Below, one piece after another: positions 23,984 through 31,637 of a stretch of 46,981 nucleotides of DNA. A model generated the notes under the pieces. That model was not told the origin of the DNA. It saw only the letters and a list, made by a program, of their open reading frames with translations, and ran no database searches. This DNA is from an uncultured Bacteroidota bacterium (GTDB lineage Bacteria > Bacteroidota > Bacteroidia > UKL13-3), in NCBI GenBank assembly GCA_903898215.1, contig CAIUEQ010000143.1, positions 1-46,981 of the forward strand, in the 5' to 3' direction. The position numbers and the translations under genes are program-made. Each line of letters begins with the position of its first letter. Within the stretch, counting starts at the first letter, position 1.

Positions 23984-26900
23984 TTATTTATTTTTCATGG
24001 CTTTTACAAACTGATTTCGTGCTGAAATATTTGCTAATCGAAGTTTGTATTCATCCTTTGAAACTTTGTCAATTTGATCTTTTAAAATTTTATTAAATGC
24101 CAAATCGGAGCCTATCACATACATGATTCCTTTTTGATATTTAAAGAAATACCAGCTGCCTTGTGGCGATTGCAAGTATAAAGTAAAATCATCCCCACTC
24201 CTTCGTTTTACAAGCTCCATTTTTCCTCTGATCTTACGTTCAAATTTATATTTATCAAACGAGTTTATACCGATATCACCAACAGATACCAATGATCTTG
24301 TTGGCTGATTCCATTTCACATTCATATCTGAAATAAAGATCGTTTTCTCCAAATCATTTATTAACCTGATGGAATTATTATCTTCAATTTCTTCTTTTAT
24401 TTTTTTGATATTTCTTTCTTCCACCACTTCCGATAATGCTTTTGTTAAAAACACCGGATCGAACTCAGGTTGGTTTGCTGTAAGTGATTGATCGGTGAGC
24501 GAATCATACATTGCACGAATAGCGTTTTGTGGGAAAGGAAAATTAAGCAACATCACAAGCTTCATATTAAATGAAGTATCGAGATAACTGTAACTTGCAT
24601 TACCGGCTGCTGATATCTCAAACTTGCTGCCTTCAAATCCAATTTTATAGCGACCTTCGGTATAGAAATTTTTCTTAGCTTCATTAAACTCCATTAAATT
24701 TCCTTTTGGTGCTTGTTTAAAAATCTTACTGTATGAGCCCATTTTAAAGACGTTAGTTTTTTCGTCATAAAATAATGTTCCCTGTACTTTTATCAACTCA
24801 TGATCGGAGGCACTTCGCTTACGAGAAAAGAAACTCGGATAAGCATGCGTTGAATCAAGAGAAATATTCATTCCAACAGAAAGTGTTTGTCGGTTTTGAT
24901 TCACTAGCGATTCCTGCACATTGATATAAACCGAATCGGGATTTACAACAGCTGAGTTTCTGAACCAATCTGTTTTCGGCATTGGCAATTTATTTTCAGC
25001 TAGGAAATATCCGTCATACTCGAGGTTTTTAACAATACTTTTCAGCAATGCATTTCCTTTAAAGAAAATATGCGGACCAACATAAAAATGAATAGAATCA
25101 GGAATAATTGATTTAGCAACAAGTTGATGAGCCGTATTGATATTTATTTCGCTCAAGAAAAATTTCTGTTTGTTTTTCTTTCTGTCGACATACTCGTAAT
25201 CTCCTTTTCCATCCAAATTAAATCTTCCTAATATTTTCACTGAAGCGTTTTCAATATTGTGATATTTAGTGATGGTATCGGCAGTAATATTTGCGCGATA
25301 TAAAATTTGCATATCAGCATCTTGTTTAATGGTAACTTGCTGACTGTCGGCAAAAACTTTTGCATCACCCACACGTATAAAAGGAACCTTTTTTGAATAG
25401 AGTGTAAAGTCGTGTAAATCGAGTGTAGAAATTCCTGTTGTAAATTTCAGCGAATCTTGTCCTGAACGTGTAGATACCAGATAAGATGCAGCTTCGCTGT
25501 TAATCATATAACTTCTGAAATCCACTTTTTTATGATCCATATACCAAATAAATTGTTCGAACGAACCTGCGTATTGATTAAAGGTAAAGTTAGAATTTAG
25601 GCCTCCAGAATTGAATACAAAATTGCCGATCCTATCCTGCAAATTCACGTTAGCTTTTACAGAAGCTGAGTTGAAAGAAAATCTTGAAGAATCTTGAAGA
25701 GAGCGAATTCTGAATGTACAATTTTCGGATAAAATATTATCTGGTTGAAGCCAAAAATCTTCGGATAGCAATTGCGATTCTTCCACATTTGTAATCCCAC
25801 GAGCACGCAAATCGGTTGGCGTTAAAATAAGCGTACCATCCAGCGTTGAACGATTGTCAGAAAATGAAATGTATTCCTGTGTTCTTGAAACAAACATCGT
25901 ATCGGCATAAGGAAGCCAATGTTCGTATACATTTACACCTTTAACAGTTGGATAAATAGACGTGCGTAAATTGTCGAATGTATTACACTGCGCATTCATC
26001 GAATCGAGCAAAAATATAAATTGATTGGAAACAGAAGTTGAGGAAATATATTTTAGATTTCCGTTGCCAAAAAAACCTTCATCACTTAATGAAAGATCAA
26101 CAAATCCTCTTCCTTTTCCTCCATACATTGGGTAACCGGGTTCAGGAGATGCAAGTTTAAATCCTAAAGATTTATCAGATTGGAGCGAAATAAAATGTTT
26201 GAGATCAGGAATAATTCCACCTGAAATAAGTGTTCCGCTTAATGCCATGTGTTCCAAATCCAAATCATTCAAACTATCCATGGTAAAAGGATCTACGTCA
26301 AAATAAAATCTGTCGTGCTGATAGGTTCCGAGTTGTGTTGATGGTTTATCATAAAAAACTTTTGATCCCACATCGGATTTAAATACCGGATAACCGGGAA
26401 AATGTTTTCGTCCGCTTTTATTAAAAGCATGATCGATTGCGAGGGTTCCATAAATATTATTCAAAGCACTTTTTACAGGAAGATTATTTCCTGTTTTTTC
26501 ATCTTTGTAAAGAAATTTCATGGAGTCAACGTTATTCAAACGCACTTCAAATTTTACGTAATCAAATGAAAATCCATTGCCATAAAAATCTACTTTTCCT
26601 GCCCTTAGTTTTCCTGAAAAATCCATGGTGCGATTTTTCTTGAGTGTAACAACTTGTTCTTTGGGAATGATATAAACATTTTGCGAATCGCTAAAATAAA
26701 ACTTCGGAACTCCTTGTATCTGTAAGTCGTTATTAATTAAACTAATTGTTGCATTAGCATATCTTTTTATGATTGATTCAAAAGTAATAGCGTCATAATC
26801 TGTTCTGCCATAATGCGCGTTCACATAATCTTTCAACTTTGATTTAAGGGTTACATATTCTCTTTTCGAATCGTAGTTAATAAAACCACGAGAATGCAAA

Positions 26901-28342
26901 TCGATCATTTGAATTTTTATATCGCTTTTATTGCTTTTAAAATTTGCAGCATAGTGCTCGATATAAAATCCGTTTATCTTATTTCTCTCGCAATATAATT
27001 TGATGCGTTGCAAAGGATTATAATCCAACATAAATCCCAATTGCTCAAATCGGTAATCTCTGAAATGATTAATAGATTCAAACCTCGCGGGTGCATTATC
27101 GTTAATCATATCAATATCAATTTTAGGATTATTCAGATCCCATTTTACTTCATCACAATAAAATTCAACATTGTGATAAGTATCTAAAAAAGGAGCCAAA
27201 CTGATTCCTTCTTCATTTCGGTATAGAATGATATTATGATCATTTAAACGATAAGTAAATTCAAGTTGTGGATGAAAAATCGAATCTTTATCGAGGTATA
27301 AAGTTGCCGATGCTTTTTGAGTGCTTACTTTATTTGCACGCACAACAAGTTCTTGAGATGCAATTTTTAATGCCGGCTTTTCCTTAAAATAAAACACCAA
27401 TTGTGCGGGCACCGAATCGGTTCCCTTACAAATAATTGTTGCCCCTTTCATTCCAAAACCACCGGTATATTTTCCTCTTCCAAAATTTAATCCACTATAA
27501 TTTTTCTTGTACGATTCAAATTGCGGATAGGGAGATTTCTCGCCCATCGATTGCCCCATTGGCTTATCAGTGAGCTTTCCGATTAGAGGTTGTGAAAATA
27601 AAGTAGGGTTATAAAAAAGGGCTGTATCGGCAATAACCATCCCCGATTGAAAATCAATTTTATAAGATTTAAGGATGGCATAAATATGAGCACTATCAAT
27701 TCCAACACGCGTCCAATCGCTTTTACCGCCTTTCCCAATCCAGATATTTGTTGCAGGAAAATATTTTCCTGAAGTATTATAAATTTCGAGTGTATCGCCA
27801 GGGGTATAACAAAACAGATCAAGATTTTTAAAAATAAAAGCCGGATCACCTTTTGTTTGCAGATCAACATCAGTACTATTGCTCACCCACTTCATGCTTC
27901 CAACATTTGCCACAACCTGATCGCCATAAATATTTCTGGAAACAATCAAAAATTTTGTGAAAGCATCCTTCGAAATATTCAACGCATTAAAAAGTGCTTT
28001 ATGCCAATTATCAAATTTGCTCACCTGATTGCTGGCAACAATTCCGTTCATTGCTTTCAGATAATTTTCGAAATCAGGGGAGATCAAAAAATTTCTGCTG
28101 AGCATTTCGTTGCTCATTTTTATGATATAAATTTTTTGGGTATTGCTAAACCTTCCGGCATTATAATATCCTTCAAATTCCGACATCGCGTCTTTTGCTT
28201 CGCTTTTCCCGCTCTTATCTATATAATCACCAAAGTCGTTAATAAACTGTGCCACATCAAACGAAAAGCTATTTGGGTTTTGGGCAAAAGTTTTTGATGA
28301 AGATAAAATTACAACAAATAAGACGAACAGGATTTTCTTCAT
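23984..28342 (-). CDS. large (1452 aa) secreted hypothetical protein, no domain recognised
   Basis: Start trimmed to ATG 28342 (MKKILFVLFVVILSSSKTFA|QN); the track start is a TTG 27 codons upstream. It is one long uninterrupted ORF ending 7 nt before plsY. It has no T9SS CTD, and I recognise no family. Confidence 0.75.
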   Translation of the reverse strand: MKKILFVLFVVILSSSKTFAQNPNSFSFDVAQFINDFGDYIDKSGKSEAKDAMSEFEGYYNAGRFSNTQKIYIIKMSNEMLSRNFLISPDFENYLKAMNGIVASNQVSKFDNWHKALFNALNISKDAFTKFLIVSRNIYGDQVVANVGSMKWVSNSTDVDLQTKGDPAFIFKNLDLFCYTPGDTLEIYNTSGKYFPATNIWIGKGGKSDWTRVGIDSAHIYAILKSYKIDFQSGMVIADTALFYNPTLFSQPLIGKLTDKPMGQSMGEKSPYPQFESYKKNYSGLNFGRGKYTGGFGMKGATIICKGTDSVPAQLVFYFKEKPALKIASQELVVRANKVSTQKASATLYLDKDSIFHPQLEFTYRLNDHNIILYRNEEGISLAPFLDTYHNVEFYCDEVKWDLNNPKIDIDMINDNAPARFESINHFRDYRFEQLGFMLDYNPLQRIKLYCERNKINGFYIEHYAANFKSNKSDIKIQMIDLHSRGFINYDSKREYVTLKSKLKDYVNAHYGRTDYDAITFESIIKRYANATISLINNDLQIQGVPKFYFSDSQNVYIIPKEQVVTLKKNRTMDFSGKLRAGKVDFYGNGFSFDYVKFEVRLNNVDSMKFLYKDEKTGNNLPVKSALNNIYGTLAIDHAFNKSGRKHFPGYPVFKSDVGSKVFYDKPSTQLGTYQHDRFYFDVDPFTMDSLNDLDLEHMALSGTLISGGIIPDLKHFISLQSDKSLGFKLASPEPGYPMYGGKGRGFVDLSLSDEGFFGNGNLKYISSTSVSNQFIFLLDSMNAQCNTFDNLRTSIYPTVKGVNVYEHWLPYADTMFVSRTQEYISFSDNRSTLDGTLILTPTDLRARGITNVEESQLLSEDFWLQPDNILSENCTFRIRSLQDSSRFSFNSASVKANVNLQDRIGNFVFNSGGLNSNFTFNQYAGSFEQFIWYMDHKKVDFRSYMINSEAASYLVSTRSGQDSLKFTTGISTLDLHDFTLYSKKVPFIRVGDAKVFADSQQVTIKQDADMQILYRANITADTITKYHNIENASVKILGRFNLDGKGDYEYVDRKKNKQKFFLSEININTAHQLVAKSIIPDSIHFYVGPHIFFKGNALLKSIVKNLEYDGYFLAENKLPMPKTDWFRNSAVVNPDSVYINVQESLVNQNRQTLSVGMNISLDSTHAYPSFFSRKRSASDHELIKVQGTLFYDEKTNVFKMGSYSKIFKQAPKGNLMEFNEAKKNFYTEGRYKIGFEGSKFEISAAGNASYSYLDTSFNMKLVMLLNFPFPQNAIRAMYDSLTDQSLTANQPEFDPVFLTKALSEVVEERNIKKIKEEIEDNNSIRLINDLEKTIFISDMNVKWNQPTRSLVSVGDIGINSFDKYKFERKIRGKMELVKRRSGDDFTLYLQSPQGSWYFFKYQKGIMYVIGSDLAFNKILKDQIDKVSKDEYKLRLANISARNQFVKAMKNK

Positions 28343-28654
28343 TTGGCGCAAGATAAAAAATAATTTCGTCTTTGGTAAATGTGCTTTGCTCGCTTTTGAG
28401 AATGAGTAATTGGCAACAAGCAAAAGGCAATAAGCAATTGTCTTTTAACTATTGATTTTGTTTAGTATAATTTTGACTTATTTAAAGGGCTTATCGATTT
28501 CAAATCAACAATGTAGATTTAAAAAAAAGTTAGATGCGTTTAATTTTTATCGTTTAACAAACGGCATTGAATACATATATTTTTTAATATTAGATGAGTG
28601 TTTTTATGCAAGAGGAACTTTAACATTTACAAAGCATATTCTATACACCAAAAA

Positions 28655-29380
28655 TTAGACACATTCATCAGACCACTTGATTTTGTAGGGGGGGGGGTAA
28701 TTATTTAAATTGTACAAATGATACATTGAGCAAAAACATTTTAACTCATCAATACTGTTTAAAGCAAGTTTTTTTAAAACTCTTTCGCGGTACGAATTTA
28801 CCGTAGTAGCTTCAATATGCATTGCTGCGGCAATTTCATGTTGCGATTTATGGTTTGCAAAATGCAATAAATATTCACGTTCGCGCTCAGCTAAAATCAG
28901 CAATTTGTTTTCAAAAAAACCATTATCTTTAAATGCTTTATTATACGATTGCAGTATAGCAGAACTAATAAAAATTTTATTATTTTCAATTGAATTAAAT
29001 AAGTGATTAAGCGTTTCCTCATCTAACTCTTCTTTACTTGAAATAAAGTTTATCCCTGCCTCTTTTAAATGCCAAAGCACCATGTTTGCATACCGAGAGT
29101 ATGTGTTTTCAATCCAATGTATTTCGCTTACAAAAACAAATGTATGATGTTTTGTGCCTCTATGCAAAACTGTTCTAAAAAGCTCAACGCCATCCATTTT
29201 TTCTAAATCAATATTTGCTATAACAATAGTTGGGGGTGCGGCAATCAAATTATTTAATGCTTCTTTACCAGAGCTTGTTTGAATAACACAAGCATTAAAT
29301 TGGTATTGTTTAATAAAATCAATAAATCCTTTGCGGTAAAAATGGCAACGGTCGGCAACCAACCAGTTATTTATTTTCAT
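28655..29380 (-). CDS. LuxR/GerE-type HTH regulator with a receiver-like N-terminal domain
   Basis: The C-terminal HTH is EREREYLLHFANHKSQHEIAAAMHIEATTVNSYRERVLKKL. The N-terminus is CheY-like, but by-eye alignment (IVIANIDLEKMDG vs VVLMDLRMPGMDG) puts Asn at the phospho-acceptor position. Confidence 0.8.
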   Translation of the reverse strand: MKINNWLVADRCHFYRKGFIDFIKQYQFNACVIQTSSGKEALNNLIAAPPTIVIANIDLEKMDGVELFRTVLHRGTKHHTFVFVSEIHWIENTYSRYANMVLWHLKEAGINFISSKEELDEETLNHLFNSIENNKIFISSAILQSYNKAFKDNGFFENKLLILAEREREYLLHFANHKSQHEIAAAMHIEATTVNSYRERVLKKLALNSIDELKCFCSMYHLYNLNNYPPPYKIKWSDECV

Positions 29381-29430
29381 AGTTTATATTATTTCATTCG
29401 GTTAAAGTAAGTACATAACTTCAATTTAGC

Positions 29431-29496
29431 ATGTGGTTTATTTAACCACATTAAAATACTCAAATAAACCACAACAAAATACTTAAATAAACCACA
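29431..29496. promoter_or_regulatory. candidate operator: three copies of AAATAAACCACA (one inverted, two direct) in a divergent promoter region
   Basis: Palindrome atgtggtt-tattt-aaccacat lies at 29431-29451. The 19-bp direct repeats aatactYaaataaaccaca lie at 29455-29473 and 29478-29496. Confidence 0.5.
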
Positions 29497-29551
29497 GCGC
29501 AAATTAATCTGTTTGCTAACCTTTGGCACTCACAAATTATTTTTAAAAATT

Positions 29552-31543
29552 ATGAAAACAAAAATGTTTACTTTAGCTGTTGCATTATTACCACTCTTTG
29601 GATTTGCACAATGGATACCAGGCGGTACGGGATATTGGACTGCTTGGCCAATAGGTATAAAAACAGTTCCAACAGGAACTTATTTTTTAGAATCTTTAGG
29701 AGATATAAGATTTTGGAATGGACCAGGTGATTACATAGAAGCTGCAAGACCAAATGCAGAAAATGGATTTAGTTTAATTCAAGGTACTGGTCAAAGAGCT
29801 GACTTACGTTTTGATGGAAATACTTTAAAATTGGTTACTAACACAGGTGGTACAGTACCAATACCAGAAAATGGAATTACAATAAATACAAATGGTTTTG
29901 TTGGAATGGGAAATGCAAATGCACCATATCGATTAACAATCAATGACAAATCAAACAATGATTTTGGTGCATGGATATGTAGCAAATCAACTGGTCCTTC
30001 TTTATTTGTAAGAAAGGATGATTATGGTACTGCTACAAATAGCTACACAGCATTGCCTAATTTTGCATTCCAAGCCGAAAATTATGTAACAAGCGCAACT
30101 GCTCCTTTTAATGGAGGGGCATTAATTACCGGATTTGATTGGGGTACTCAAACATACGCTAAGGGACAAAGTACTAGTGCACAGCCAAAGGCACTAGTAG
30201 CAATTGCAGAGTCGGATCCTGCAAATCATTATATTATGGATATTTCAACTGGTATTATTGCACAAGGTTTGGATGCTCATTGGGCATATGGTATAACAAG
30301 TATTGGGGTTGCAACTAATGAGGATGGGAAAAGTATATTTGGTACAGGAATACAATCTACAGGGCAAGTTAAAAATGGCGAAAGTAATTTTTGGGCTATT
30401 TCTACAGGAGTTGACGCTAGAGCTCTTGGTGGGAATGAAGCAATTGGTGTATCTGGCTTGGCTGATTGGATAATTCCTAGTAATAAATTACATACTGCTT
30501 ATGGAGTAAAAGGGGTTGCCCAAGATGCTAGTTATCTTGCATATGGAGTATTTGGTTTTGGTACAGCGGATCAATCTTCTTATGGTGTATTTGGCAGAGG
30601 ATTAGGTACTTCAAGTGAAACAGGAACTCAGTCATATGGTTTATATGGAATTGGAACTGTTGCAGATAAAGCGTATGGTGCGTATGCCTATGGATCTGAA
30701 ACGACAATATCGTATGGTGTCTGGGGTGAAGCTGAGGCTACTTCAGGAACCACATATGGACTATATGGATGGGGACATGGTGGCTCTACAAATTGGTCAG
30801 GTTACTTTAATGGTGCTGCATTCTGCTCGTCAGGTTATTGGACACCTTCAGACCAGCAGTTTAAAGAAAATATTACTCCATTAAATAATTCTTTAGATAT
30901 TATTAATAATTTAAATCCTAAAAAATATACTTTTAAACAAAGCGATGAATTTCTTGGTATGACTTTCCCAACCGGAGATTCATATGGACTTATTGCCCAA
31001 GAGTTAGAATTAGTTTTACCAACATTGGTAAAACAATCTTTAAATCCTGAAATAAAAGACACAACCGGAAAATTGATTTCTAAAAAATTTGAATTTAAAG
31101 CAGTTGAATATGTTTCACTCATTCCAATATTAGTAGGTGGTATTAAAGAGCAACAAATACAAATTAATGCAAAAGATTCGTTGATAAATATTCTTGCATC
31201 TCAAATAAAAAACATACATGACGTGTTAACTAAAAACGGATTGAATGTAAATTTAAATAACAGTTCGTATTACAATATTGTTCTTTATCAAAATAATCCT
31301 AATCCATTTAAAGATAATGCGTCCATAAATTATACTATACCTGTTGATGCCGGAATATCTTCATCCACTCTTTACATTTATGACCTATCAGGTAAACAAA
31401 TTAAAAAGTATGAGATACAACCTAATAGTGGAAATGGTTCGGTGCAAATACAATCGGGAGAATTACAACCCGGGATTTATATATATTCTTTAATATGTGA
31501 TAACAAAATTATCGATACTAAAAAAATGATTATTAAAGATTAA
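29552..31543 (+). CDS. tail-fibre-like secreted protein: Gly/Tyr-rich repeats, S74 intramolecular chaperone domain, T9SS type-A sorting domain
   Basis: Start trimmed to ATG 29552 (MKTKMFTLAVALLPLFGFA|QW). It has about nine YG(V/L/A)(Y/F/W)G repeats. The endosialidase-chaperone pattern (PF13884) is SDQQFKENITPL...LNPKKYTFK...YGLIAQELELVLPTLV. The C-terminus is YQNNPNPF...LYIYDLSGKQI...LQPGIYIYSL (TIGR04183 type). Confidence 0.85.
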   Translation: MKTKMFTLAVALLPLFGFAQWIPGGTGYWTAWPIGIKTVPTGTYFLESLGDIRFWNGPGDYIEAARPNAENGFSLIQGTGQRADLRFDGNTLKLVTNTGGTVPIPENGITINTNGFVGMGNANAPYRLTINDKSNNDFGAWICSKSTGPSLFVRKDDYGTATNSYTALPNFAFQAENYVTSATAPFNGGALITGFDWGTQTYAKGQSTSAQPKALVAIAESDPANHYIMDISTGIIAQGLDAHWAYGITSIGVATNEDGKSIFGTGIQSTGQVKNGESNFWAISTGVDARALGGNEAIGVSGLADWIIPSNKLHTAYGVKGVAQDASYLAYGVFGFGTADQSSYGVFGRGLGTSSETGTQSYGLYGIGTVADKAYGAYAYGSETTISYGVWGEAEATSGTTYGLYGWGHGGSTNWSGYFNGAAFCSSGYWTPSDQQFKENITPLNNSLDIINNLNPKKYTFKQSDEFLGMTFPTGDSYGLIAQELELVLPTLVKQSLNPEIKDTTGKLISKKFEFKAVEYVSLIPILVGGIKEQQIQINAKDSLINILASQIKNIHDVLTKNGLNVNLNNSSYYNIVLYQNNPNPFKDNASINYTIPVDAGISSSTLYIYDLSGKQIKKYEIQPNSGNGSVQIQSGELQPGIYIYSLICDNKIIDTKKMIIKD

Positions 31544-31557
31544 TATCTGAATGTTTC

Positions 31558-31598
31558 TTAAAAGCTATTTCAAAACAACTTTTTGAAATAGCTTTTAA
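31558..31598 (+). terminator. strong hairpin terminator after the tail-fibre-like gene
   Basis: ttaaaagctatttcaaaa-caact-ttttgaaatagcttttaa is a perfect 18-bp stem. Confidence 0.7.
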
Positions 31599-31612
31599 CC
31601 TAAAAAAAATTA

Positions 31613-31620
31613 TAACTTTG
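31613..31620 (+). promoter_or_regulatory. possible Bacteroidota -7 promoter element (TAnnTTTG)
   Basis: TAACTTTG lies 18 nt upstream of ATG 31638. The nearest upstream TTTG is poorly spaced for a -33 element. Confidence 0.3.
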
Positions 31621-31637
31621 AATATATATTAATTGTC

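Noticed and set aside
23984-28342. The 1452-aa protein as a TamB/AsmA-like lipid-transfer protein (size, N-terminal hydrophobic segment, neighbour plsY).
   Set aside because: The N-terminus looks like a cleavable signal (A|Q) rather than an anchor. The C-terminus shows nothing like the DUF490 pattern I remember. I kept it as unknown.
28452-28658. 68-aa plus-strand ORF in the 312-bp AT-rich spacer upstream of the 1452-aa gene.
   Set aside because: It uses a non-ATG start, has a composition-driven sequence, and sits in the probable promoter region. It has no supporting motif.
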